Positions 1 to 7,834 of a DNA stretch of 32,000 bases are shown here, one piece after another. Positions within the stretch are counted from its first letter, which is position 1; each line of letters opens with the position of its first letter. Made by a program: the position numbers and the translations under genes. This stretch comes from Erysipelotrichaceae bacterium OH741_COT-311. GTDB lineage: Bacteria > Bacillota_I > Bacilli_A > Erysipelotrichales > Erysipelotrichaceae. The notes under the pieces were generated by a model. The model was not told where the DNA came from, did no database searches, and saw only the letters and a program-made list of their open reading frames with translations. The stretch covers positions 60,001 through 92,000 of the forward strand of contig RQZE01000007.1 in NCBI GenBank assembly GCA_003858585.1, given 5' to 3'.

Positions 1-366
1 CCCTAAGAATAAATCTTCGATTTCTTGTGTAATCATGGTTAAAGGATGAATCGTACCTAATGTACTTTGATAACCTTGCAATGTAATATCAATCTTTTCT
101 TTTTCAAGATTTTCCAGCATCGCTTGTTGTTTTAAGATCATCATCTTTTCATCAATACGTGCTGTCAATTCTTGTTTTAATTCATTCACTTTTGCTCCAA
201 GTTTTGGTTTTTCTTCATTCGGTAATTCTTTCATTAAATTCATCAAGTTAGCAACATGACCTTTTTTACCTAAATACTCAATACGTATTTGATTGACTTC
301 TTCTACTTGTTTTGCTGATTCAATGAAATCTATCGCTTGCTGTTTAAGTTGCTGTATTTTCTCCAT
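1..366 (-). CDS. pheS: phenylalanine--tRNA ligase alpha subunit, N-terminal part (3' part lies beyond window start)
   Basis: Own translation of the minus strand from the ATG (CAT at 364-366): MEKIQQLKQQAIDFIESAKQVEEVNQIRIEYLGKKGHVANLMNLMKELPNEEKPKLGAKVNELKQEL...IDITLQGYQSTLGTIHPLT. The IRxxYLGKKG...LPxEEKPxxG pattern and GxxHPL are typical of PheS N-termini. AGGAGG RBS (CCTCCT at 372-377). Preceded by a Phe-specific T-box leader. Absent from the ORF track because it is open at the window edge. Confidence 0.85.
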   Translation of the reverse strand, partial: MEKIQQLKQQAIDFIESAKQVEEVNQIRIEYLGKKGHVANLMNLMKELPNEEKPKLGAKVNELKQELTARIDEKMMILKQQAMLENLEKEKIDITLQGYQSTLGTIHPLTMITQEIEDLFLG

Positions 367-379
367 ACTTTCCTCCTAA

Positions 380-583
380 AATAAAAAGTCATTCCAAAGG
401 AACGACTAGCGTGGTACCATCCTAATTCATATAACATGCACTTTATTGTAGATAACGGAACGACCCGGAATGTATTAAATTCACTATGTAGGCGAATTCA
501 TAAATCACTAATGAAATCTTGCACCAACCGATTCCTCTCTTAAAATAGTTAATTTACTACTACTTCTACAATCAAAGTTTATC
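380..583 (-). promoter_or_regulatory. T-box riboswitch leader, putative Phe (UUC) specifier, controlling pheS
   Basis: Minus strand shows AGAGAG (535-540) and GGTGCAA stem-I elements. A GAA-TTC-G specifier-loop candidate follows. The conserved T-box sequence AATTAGGATGGTACCACG lies at 410-427. It overlaps a terminator hairpin AGTCGTTCC-TTT-GGAATGACT (387-407) followed by TTTTTATTTT, immediately upstream of the pheS RBS. Confidence 0.85.
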
Positions 584-589
584 AATGAA

Positions 590-618
590 ATTATATAATT
601 AATACCTTTTAAATGCAA
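590..618 (-). promoter_or_regulatory. sigma-A-type promoter for the pheS T-box leader
   Basis: Minus strand reads TTGCAT (613-618), a 17-nt spacer, then TATAAT (590-595). It lies just downstream of the ATPase stop and upstream of T-box stem I. Confidence 0.6.
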
Positions 619-625
619 CTATTGT

Positions 626-3214
626 CTATGCTTTATATTTGAGCCATTTTGCAATTTCTACAATCACTAATGGTAAAAATGCAAGCCCAATTGATACTAA
701 TAAATTAGTCATAGATAAAGATGTTAAGCTAAATAAATTTGATAAAAATGGAATATTAATAATCATAACTTGTAAAAGGACACCCACTACAAAAGCATAG
801 ATTAAATATTTATTATTAAACATAGTTTTATTTAATATACTTTTTTCTGACTTCACATTAAATGAATGTACCAATTGACCTAACGATAATGTTACAAATG
901 CCATAGTCATCGCTACTGCATGTGATGTTTGTAATCCATACATATACGCAGATAACGTAATTAAGCCTATCATAATTCCTTGCCAAATAATTGTAAAGCC
1001 TAAACCGCCAGCAAAGAAAGATTCATTTTTAGGACGTGGCTTTTGATGCATGACATTTTCAGGTTGTTCCATACCAATGGCAAAAGCCGGTAGTGAATCC
1101 GTAATTAAGTTTACCCATAATAAATGAATTGGAAGTAATGGAATTCCCATATTTAAGCCCGGTATTAACCCTAAAAGACTTGCTAAAAAGATGGTAATGA
1201 CTTCTCCGATATTACTAGATAATAAGAATTGAACATCTTTTTTGATATTGGCATAAATACCACGACCTTGTTTTACCGCAGCAATAATCGTCGCAAAGTT
1301 ATCATCTGTTAAAATCATATCTGCAGCATTTTTAGAAACATCAGTTCCGGTAATTCCCATGGCACAACCAATATCTGCACTCTTTAATGCTGGAGAATCA
1401 TTCACTCCATCTCCTGTCATCGCTACTACTTGTTGTAGTTTTTGCCATGTATTCACAATACGCACTTTATGTTCCGGTGCAACACGAGCATACACCGTAA
1501 TATGTTTAATTTCTTCTAACAACGCTTCATCACTGATTTCATCTAACTGCTGCCCAGTAATCGCATGATCTCCTTCATTAAAAATTCCTAAATCAGCTGC
1601 AATCGCTTTGGCTGTTGTTAGGTGATCTCCTGTAATCATAATTGTTTTAATACCACCACTTTTTGCTTGAGCAATCGCATCTTTTACTTCCAATCGAGGT
1701 GGATCAATCATACCTACTAAACCAACAAACGTTAAATCATGTTCTACCGATTCATCAATCACTTCAGGCATTACTTCATACTGTTTAATTCCTAACGCTA
1801 GTACACGTAACGCTTGATTCGCCATTGTTTCATTAGCTTGTAGTGCATCGAACAACTCTTCTTTACATCTAGAAATTACAACATCTGGAGCACCTTTTGT
1901 TAATTGTAATACTCCATGTTCTGTTTGAAAGAAAACACTCATCATCTTTCTTGAAGAATCAAAAGCAACTTCATCTACACGTTTATAAATAGAATTTAAT
2001 GATTCTTTTGTAATTCCATATTGATATAAAGCATACACTAAAGCAGTTTCTGTTGGATCACCAATCATATGTAACTTGCTTGCTTCTTCTTTAACCTGAC
2101 CATCACTGCACAATGCAAAATAAGTAATCATCTCTTTTACATCTGTATTAGTTGTTGCAAAATCTTCAATCCCTTTATCATTTTGATATGTTTTTACAAC
2201 TGTCATTTTATTTTGAGTTAAAGTTCCTGTTTTATCTGAACAAATGATTGAACAAGATCCTAATGTTTCTACTGAAGCAAGTGTACGAATTATCGCATTT
2301 TGACTTGCCATCTTTTTTACACCAATGGCTAAAACAATCGTTACAACCGTCGCTAATCCTTCCGGGACCGCAGCAACCGCTAAAGCTACTGATGTCTTAA
2401 ACGCATCTAAAATACCTAAACCTGAAACTAATTCCAAACCAAAAACAATTGCACAAATAACCAAACACATGTAGCCGATTAATTTAGAAATCTGTTTTAG
2501 TTTTAACTGTAATGGTGTTTCTTCGCTTTCAGCACGATTTAACATATCTGCAATCTTACCTACTTGATTATCCATACCAATGCTTGTAGCTATGGCAATG
2601 GCTCTACCATAAGTACTTACCGTTGATGCAAATACCATATTTTTTTGATCCCCTAGTGGAAGTTTTTCCTTTTCAATCACATTCTCTATCTTATTTACTG
2701 GTAAAGATTCTCCTGTTAAAGCCGATTCATCTACTTGTAAATTAAAAGACTGTAAAATTCTACCATCCGTAGGTATAAAATCTCCTGCCATGATTTCAAA
2801 AATATCCCCAACAACAACTTCTTTTGAAGGTATTTCCATTTTTATGCCATCACGAATAACTTTTGCTGTCGGTGACGACATTTTTTTTAAGGCTTCCAAT
2901 GATTTTTCAGCATTGTTTTCTTGATAAGCGCCTAGAAATGCATTAAAAATAACAACAATAAAAATAATTAAGCTTTCTACCCATTCATGAGGATCTACAA
3001 TCATAGATATTACAGCAGCAAGAATTAATAAAATCATCAAATAATCTTTAAACTTCAATAAAAACTTTACATAAAATGGGGTAGCTTTTTTTTGTGTTAA
3101 TTCATTCCATCCATATTTCTTCTGTAAATCAGCAACTTGATAACTTGTTAAACCTGTATTTACATCACTTTGAAACTGCGCTACTACTTTTTCTTTTGGT
3201 TGATTAAAATACAT
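626..3214 (-). CDS. calcium-translocating P-type ATPase (P2A/PMCA-SERCA-like)
   Basis: 862-aa ORF. It has the DKTGTLT phosphorylation motif, TGES actuator motif, MITGDH and TGDGVNDSPALK hinge motifs, and the PEGL (TM4), SSNIGEV (TM5) and LWVNLITDSLPA (TM6) cation-site motifs typical of Ca2+ pumps. Confidence 0.9.
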   Translation of the reverse strand: MYFNQPKEKVVAQFQSDVNTGLTSYQVADLQKKYGWNELTQKKATPFYVKFLLKFKDYLMILLILAAVISMIVDPHEWVESLIIFIVVIFNAFLGAYQENNAEKSLEALKKMSSPTAKVIRDGIKMEIPSKEVVVGDIFEIMAGDFIPTDGRILQSFNLQVDESALTGESLPVNKIENVIEKEKLPLGDQKNMVFASTVSTYGRAIAIATSIGMDNQVGKIADMLNRAESEETPLQLKLKQISKLIGYMCLVICAIVFGLELVSGLGILDAFKTSVALAVAAVPEGLATVVTIVLAIGVKKMASQNAIIRTLASVETLGSCSIICSDKTGTLTQNKMTVVKTYQNDKGIEDFATTNTDVKEMITYFALCSDGQVKEEASKLHMIGDPTETALVYALYQYGITKESLNSIYKRVDEVAFDSSRKMMSVFFQTEHGVLQLTKGAPDVVISRCKEELFDALQANETMANQALRVLALGIKQYEVMPEVIDESVEHDLTFVGLVGMIDPPRLEVKDAIAQAKSGGIKTIMITGDHLTTAKAIAADLGIFNEGDHAITGQQLDEISDEALLEEIKHITVYARVAPEHKVRIVNTWQKLQQVVAMTGDGVNDSPALKSADIGCAMGITGTDVSKNAADMILTDDNFATIIAAVKQGRGIYANIKKDVQFLLSSNIGEVITIFLASLLGLIPGLNMGIPLLPIHLLWVNLITDSLPAFAIGMEQPENVMHQKPRPKNESFFAGGLGFTIIWQGIMIGLITLSAYMYGLQTSHAVAMTMAFVTLSLGQLVHSFNVKSEKSILNKTMFNNKYLIYAFVVGVLLQVMIINIPFLSNLFSLTSLSMTNLLVSIGLAFLPLVIVEIAKWLKYKA

Positions 3215-3313
3215 AATCTTCTCCTTTGTTTCTTACGGTGTAATAGTATCATATCTACCGGAGTATTTAAAGAAAAGTGGTTTTATTCTATAATATCTAT
3301 ATAGAGGAAACTT

Positions 3314-3586
3314 ATGAAACGATATTACATCTTATTTGAAGGACGTGTACAACAAGTTGGTTTTCGTAGTTTTGTAGCAATGATAGCAATCCGTCATCAA
3401 TTAACCGGAACAGTTCAAAACTTAGATAATGGTATGGTTGCCTGCTACTTGCAAGGGAAACAAGAAAACATTAATCATACACTAGATATCATTCTTAAAG
3501 GAAATCAATTTATACATGTTACAAACTACCGTTTAAAAGAAGTTCCATTTCAAAAACAGGAACATAAATTTGTGATTTTATATTAA
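3314..3586 (+). CDS. acyP: acylphosphatase
   Basis: 90-aa ORF. N-terminal FEGRVQQVGFRSF matches the acylphosphatase phosphate-binding signature VxGxVQGVxFR, with Gln in place of the central Gly. GTVQNLDNGMV contains the catalytic Asn region. Size is typical. GAGGA RBS precedes the ATG at 3314. Confidence 0.8.
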   Translation: MKRYYILFEGRVQQVGFRSFVAMIAIRHQLTGTVQNLDNGMVACYLQGKQENINHTLDIILKGNQFIHVTNYRLKEVPFQKQEHKFVILY

Positions 3587-3605
3587 ATATTCAAATCCCT
3601 TCACC

Positions 3606-3620
3606 ATGAAAGCGATTACT
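3606..3620 (+). promoter_or_regulatory. candidate catabolite-responsive element (cre, CcpA site) upstream of adhE
   Basis: ATGAAAGCGATTACT fits the degenerate cre consensus WTGNAANCGNWNNCW at every constrained position. It lies 24 nt upstream of the predicted -35. Confidence 0.45.
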
Positions 3621-3643
3621 TGTGAAAAAGTTGTTTTTTACTA

Positions 3644-3671
3644 TTGACTTCTTTTTTTTATCTGTTAATAT
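3644..3671 (+). promoter_or_regulatory. adhE promoter
   Basis: TTGACT (3644-3649), a 16-nt spacer, then TAATAT (3666-3671), with a TG at 3663-3664 giving an extended -10 (TGtTAATAT). Confidence 0.55.
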
Positions 3672-3683
3672 AGTTAATGTACT

Positions 3684-3701
3684 AAGTGAAATTTATCACA
3701 A
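3684..3701 (+). promoter_or_regulatory. candidate Rex (redox repressor) operator between adhE promoter and start codon
   Basis: AAGTGAAATTTATCACAA matches the Firmicute Rex box TTGTGAA-W4-TTCACAA at 15 of 18 positions (core GTGAA...TCACAA inverted repeat). It lies downstream of the -10 and overlaps the 5' UTR. Confidence 0.5.
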
Positions 3702-3712
3702 CGGAGGTAAGT

Positions 3713-6367
3713 ATGGTTGCAAAAAAAGAAGATAAAAAACTAGCTACAAAACCTGCAAATGAAGTTGTAGGACCAACAAATGTTAAGGAAGTAAATGAGA
3801 AAGTTGCAAAGGCTTTAATTGCTCTTGATGAATATGCACACTTCGATCAAGAAAAAATTGATTATATCGTTGCAAAATGTTCTGTTGCTGCTCTTGATCA
3901 ACATGGTACACTTGCAAAGCTTGCAATAGATGAAACAAAACGTGGTGTATTCGAAGATAAGGCAACTAAAAACTTATTTGCATGTGAATACGTTGTAAAT
4001 CATATGCGTCACTTAAAGACAGTTGGTATCATCGATGAAGATCCGGTAAAAGGATTAACATACGTTGCAGAACCGGTTGGTGTTGTTGCTGGGGTAACAC
4101 CGGTTACAAACCCTACATCAACTACAATCTTTAAAGCATTGATTTGTTTAAAAACACGTAATCCAATTATTTTCGGTTTCCACCCTTCTGCACAAAAGTG
4201 TTCTGTAGAAGCAGCGAAAGTAGTATACAATGCAGCGATTGCAGCTGGTGCTCCTAAAAACTGTATCCAATGGATTGAATTCCCTTCTATGGAAGCAACA
4301 AGTGCCTTAATGAATCACCCTGATGTTGCAACAATTCTTGCTACCGGTGGTAATGCCATGGTAAAAGCAGCTTACTCTTGTGGTAAACCTGCATTAGGGG
4401 TTGGAGCAGGAAACGTTCCAGCTTATGTTGAAACAACAGCAAACCTAAAACAAGCAATCAACGATATTGTTTTATCAAAAGCTTTTGATAACGGTATGAT
4501 TTGTGCAAGTGAACAAGCATGTATCGTAGATAAAGAAATCTATGACAATGCGAAAAAAGAATTTAGTAACTACAATGTTTACTTTGTAAATAAAAAAGAA
4601 AAAGCATTATTAGAAAAATTCATCTTTGGAGTAGAAGCTTATTCAAAAGATGTTAAAAATGCAAAATTAAATCCAGCTGTAGTTGGAAAAAGTGCTTATT
4701 GGATTGCTCAACAAGCTGGATTTACAGTGAATGAAAAAACAAGTATCTTAATTGCAGAATGTAAAGAAGTTGGTGTTGATGAACCACTAACACGTGAAAA
4801 ATTATCTCCGGTTTTAGCTTTATTAAAAGCAGAATCGATTGAAGATGGTTTAAAGAAAGCAGATCAAATGGTTATGTTTGATGGTATCGGTCACTCTGCT
4901 GCAATTCATACTGAAAATGCAGAATTAGCAAAAGAATTTGGTAAACGCATAAAAGCATGTCGTATTATTTGGAATTCTCCAAGTACATTTGGTGGAATTG
5001 GTAATGTTTATAACTCATTCATTCCTTCTTTAACATTAGGTTGTGGATCTTATGGACATAACTCAGTATCTGATAATGTTAGTGCAATCAACTTATTAAA
5101 CATTAAAAAGATTGGTAAAAGGAGAAATAATATGCAATGGTTTAAAATTCCTTCGAAGATTTACTTTGAAAGAGATTCAATCGAATATCTACAAGATATG
5201 CGTGATGTACACAGAGTATTTATTGTTACAGACCGTTCAATGGTAGATTTAGGTTTTGTAAGTCGTGTTACCGACCAATTAGAATTAAGAAGAAACAAAG
5301 TACAAGTTCAATTGTTCTGTGATGTGGAACCAGATCCAGATATTACAACAGTAAAACGTGGTGTAGAATTAATGGAAGCATTTAGACCAGATACAATTAT
5401 TGCCTTAGGTGGTGGTTCTCCAATGGATGCTGCTAAAGGTATGTGGCTATTCTATGAACAACCAGATGTAAACTTCGATGATTTAAAACAAAAATTCATG
5501 GATATTCGTAAACGTGCATTTAAATATCCAGAATTAGGTAAGAAATCAAAATTAGTATGTATTCCTACAACTTCAGGTACAGGTAGTGAAGTAACTCCAT
5601 TTGCAGTTATTTCAGATCGTGCTGAAGGTAAAAAATATCCATTAGCGGACTATTCATTAACACCAACAGTTGCAATCGTAGATCCATCATTAACAACAAA
5701 CTTGCCTGGCTTTATTACAGCTGATACAGGTTTAGACGTATTAACACATGCTACAGAAGCTTATGTTTCAACATTAGCAAGTGATTATACAGATGGTTTA
5801 GCACTTCAGGCAATTAAGATGGTATTTGAATACTTACCAAGAGCAGTAGCAAACGGTAAAAACGATCCTGAAGCTCGTGAGAAAATGCATAATGCTGCAA
5901 CTCTTGCTGGTATGGCATTCGCCAATGCATTCTTAGGTGTGAATCACTCATTAGCACATAAGATTGGTGCTGAATTCCATACAACACATGGTAGAACAAA
6001 TGCTGTATTAATGCCTCATGTAATTCGTTACAATGGTTCTAAACCTGAAAAACCAGGTATCTGGCCAAAATACAACTACTATAAAGCTGATGTTAAATAT
6101 CAAGACATTGCTAAACTATTAGGCTTAAAAGCTAATACACCAGCAGAAGGTGTAGAATCTTATGCACAAGCTGTAGCAAATCTTGCTAAAGAAGTTGGCG
6201 TTAAAATGTCATTCAAAGAACAAGGTATTGATGAAAAAGCTTGGGAAAACAGTTTAGAAAAAATTGCTTATCTAGCATATGAAGATCAATGTTCTCCTGC
6301 AAACCCACGTATACCTATGGTAAAAGAATTAATGGAAATTTTAAGAAAGGCATATATTGGAGAATAA
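3713..6367 (+). CDS. adhE: bifunctional acetaldehyde-CoA / alcohol dehydrogenase
   Basis: About 884 aa. The N-terminal aldehyde dehydrogenase domain has the catalytic Cys context FDNGMICASEQ. The C-terminal iron-containing ADH domain has GGGSPMDAAK and the HxxxH metal site (VNHSLAHKIG). Start re-called to the ATG at 3713, 6 nt after GGAGG; the track's 3686 start is a GTG lying inside the Rex-box/UTR. Confidence 0.93.
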   Translation: MVAKKEDKKLATKPANEVVGPTNVKEVNEKVAKALIALDEYAHFDQEKIDYIVAKCSVAALDQHGTLAKLAIDETKRGVFEDKATKNLFACEYVVNHMRHLKTVGIIDEDPVKGLTYVAEPVGVVAGVTPVTNPTSTTIFKALICLKTRNPIIFGFHPSAQKCSVEAAKVVYNAAIAAGAPKNCIQWIEFPSMEATSALMNHPDVATILATGGNAMVKAAYSCGKPALGVGAGNVPAYVETTANLKQAINDIVLSKAFDNGMICASEQACIVDKEIYDNAKKEFSNYNVYFVNKKEKALLEKFIFGVEAYSKDVKNAKLNPAVVGKSAYWIAQQAGFTVNEKTSILIAECKEVGVDEPLTREKLSPVLALLKAESIEDGLKKADQMVMFDGIGHSAAIHTENAELAKEFGKRIKACRIIWNSPSTFGGIGNVYNSFIPSLTLGCGSYGHNSVSDNVSAINLLNIKKIGKRRNNMQWFKIPSKIYFERDSIEYLQDMRDVHRVFIVTDRSMVDLGFVSRVTDQLELRRNKVQVQLFCDVEPDPDITTVKRGVELMEAFRPDTIIALGGGSPMDAAKGMWLFYEQPDVNFDDLKQKFMDIRKRAFKYPELGKKSKLVCIPTTSGTGSEVTPFAVISDRAEGKKYPLADYSLTPTVAIVDPSLTTNLPGFITADTGLDVLTHATEAYVSTLASDYTDGLALQAIKMVFEYLPRAVANGKNDPEAREKMHNAATLAGMAFANAFLGVNHSLAHKIGAEFHTTHGRTNAVLMPHVIRYNGSKPEKPGIWPKYNYYKADVKYQDIAKLLGLKANTPAEGVESYAQAVANLAKEVGVKMSFKEQGIDEKAWENSLEKIAYLAYEDQCSPANPRIPMVKELMEILRKAYIGE

Positions 6368-6368
6368 T

Positions 6369-6395
6369 AAAAAGGTCGTTAGACCTTTTTGTTTT
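6369..6395. terminator. bidirectional intrinsic terminator between adhE and the hydrolase gene
   Basis: Hairpin AAAAGGTC-GTTA-GACCTTTT is flanked by an A-run upstream and TTTTTGTTTT downstream. It overlaps the stop codon of the convergent hydrolase gene. Confidence 0.75.
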
Positions 6396-7062
6396 GAAAT
6401 TTATCTTTAAGGAATAATTTAATTAATACATTAGCTTTTTCGCTATCTTCATAACGATGCAATTCATGCATCGCTTTTGGCAAGAAATAGCAATATTTTT
6501 CTTTGCTTTGACAACTTTCATAAGCATACAAGCTTGCTTTGTTTGGTACATATTCATCTTCCGTACCTTGTAAAATTAAAAGTGGACAAGAAACTTTCTT
6601 AATCGAAACTTTTAAACGCTTTACTAATTCTTGAAATGAAATAAAATACTGATAATCCAACATACGTTTTTTTAAATACTCATCTTTTTCTTCTTGATTT
6701 AAATGTAAAAAATGATTAACAAAACGGCTTCCTGCTTCAAAATCAAAAAATTCAAATGCAGGTGCTAATAAAACAAGTTTATGTACCTTTAAATAGGATG
6801 CCAAAAAAGATGCAATAACCCCACCCATGGAAAATCCAATCACATTGACTCGATATCCTTTTTTTAAATAATCTTTAATTTTTTGTTCTGCTGTAGCTAC
6901 CCAATGATACCAGTCTTCATCATTATGCTCATCATATAAATCAAACGATATGACATTAATTTTAGCTTGCTTTAAACATGCCTGTAAATCTGTAACTTCA
7001 TCTTGACGTTGCAATCCAAATCCATGGATATATATGGTAACTTCTTTCTTTTTAAATAACAT
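6379..7062 (-). CDS. alpha/beta hydrolase (serine esterase/lipase-like)
   Basis: 227-aa ORF. It has a nucleophile elbow GFSMGG (GxSxG), an N-terminal HGFG oxyanion region, and C-terminal D...H candidates (GTEDEYV, AMHEL). Its start lies 2 nt after the upstream TrmH stop. Confidence 0.7.
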   Translation of the reverse strand: MLFKKKEVTIYIHGFGLQRQDEVTDLQACLKQAKINVISFDLYDEHNDEDWYHWVATAEQKIKDYLKKGYRVNVIGFSMGGVIASFLASYLKVHKLVLLAPAFEFFDFEAGSRFVNHFLHLNQEEKDEYLKKRMLDYQYFISFQELVKRLKVSIKKVSCPLLILQGTEDEYVPNKASLYAYESCQSKEKYCYFLPKAMHELHRYEDSEKANVLIKLFLKDKFQNKKV

Positions 7063-7064
7063 AC

Positions 7065-7784
7065 TTAACCTCTACATTCATACATTAAAATACCTGCTGC
7101 AATAGCGACATTTAATGATTCAAATGCTTCCATCTCTATTTTAACATTACAATCCGTCATCTTTAAAAGAGAATCACGTACACCATTTCCTTCATTTCCA
7201 AAAATAAATGCCATTTTTTCTTGCTGTTTTAATTCTTTTAACGGTATTGCCTGTTTTAGCGATGTTCCAACAAGGGTATAACCTTCTTCTTTTAATGACT
7301 TGACTACTTCATTTAAATCTTGATAAATAATATCTAATTTAAAGATTGCTCCTTGTGTTGCACGAATACACTTTTCATTATATACATCTACACAATCCTT
7401 AGAAGCATAAATCTTTTTAAAGCCAAACGATATAGCTGTTCTTAAAATAGTTCCCATATTCCCAGGATCTTGTATGCCATCCAAAAGCAAAATTCGATTT
7501 GATGTATGTTGTAAGATGGGCTTATTGACAACACCTAAGTAATGAATGGTAGATACATGTTTACTCAGTTTATCCATAATGGCTTGACTTACTTGAATAC
7601 TATCTTTAAAATCAAATACATTTTTATCAACATATAATAATGTTTCTAAGGCATTATTAGCTAAAGCTTCTTCAATTAAATGTTGTTCTTCAACAAGAAA
7701 TTGACTAGCATCATCACGCCCTTTTTTACTATGTAGCTTCATCCACTTCTTTACTTTACTATTTGTTAAGGATTCTATTTTCAT
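7065..7784 (-). CDS. TrmH/SpoU-family (SPOUT) RNA 2'-O-methyltransferase, YsgA/RlmB-like
   Basis: 239 aa. The N-terminal substrate-binding region is NSKVKKWMKL...FLVEEQHLIEEA. SPOUT motifs are present: LLLDGIQDPGNMGTILRTA, FIFGNEGNGV, IEMEAFESLNVAIAAGILMY. Confidence 0.8.
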   Translation of the reverse strand: MKIESLTNSKVKKWMKLHSKKGRDDASQFLVEEQHLIEEALANNALETLLYVDKNVFDFKDSIQVSQAIMDKLSKHVSTIHYLGVVNKPILQHTSNRILLLDGIQDPGNMGTILRTAISFGFKKIYASKDCVDVYNEKCIRATQGAIFKLDIIYQDLNEVVKSLKEEGYTLVGTSLKQAIPLKELKQQEKMAFIFGNEGNGVRDSLLKMTDCNVKIEMEAFESLNVAIAAGILMYECRG

Positions 7785-7800
7785 ATAATCACCCTATTTA

Positions 7801-7834
7801 TCATAAAATAAAGACTGGTATTTATCCAGTCTTA
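7801..7834 (-). terminator. intrinsic terminator after the 564-aa gene (overlaps its stop codon)
   Basis: Minus strand reads AAGACTGG-ATAAAT-CCAGTCTT (7811-7818 / 7826-7833), followed by TATTTTATGA. Confidence 0.6.

Noticed and set aside
1359-1568. Short ORFs nested antisense or out of frame inside long genes. These are 1359-1568, 3783-3965, 4009-4230, 5814-5999, 8117-8299, 8581-8766, 10256-10438, 10986-11180, 13250-13444, 13305-13610, 14186-14368, 14475-14660, 15250-15465, 16395-16625, 17291-17482, 18058-18285, 24821-25084, 27808-28014, 28044-28247, 29222-29455, 30373-30561 and 31167-31403.
   Set aside because: Each is fully or largely contained in a much longer ORF with strong family motifs. 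They have no RBS and have compositions typical of alternative frames.
3619-3637. TTGTGAA half-site upstream of the adhE promoter as a second Rex box
   Set aside because: Only the left half matches. The right half (TTGTTTT) shares 2 of 7 positions with TTCACAA.
3686-3712. N-terminal extensions from GTG/TTG starts in the ORF track (adhE 3686, folT 12537, aminotransferase 16757, 59-aa ORF 22622, U32 12404, 564-aa gene 9541), and upstream ATGs (14674, 23576, 29273, 29301, 31026)
   Set aside because: In each case a downstream ATG is preceded at 5-9 nt by a GGAGG-like Shine-Dalgarno. The extension overlaps the RBS, a promoter or a regulatory RNA.
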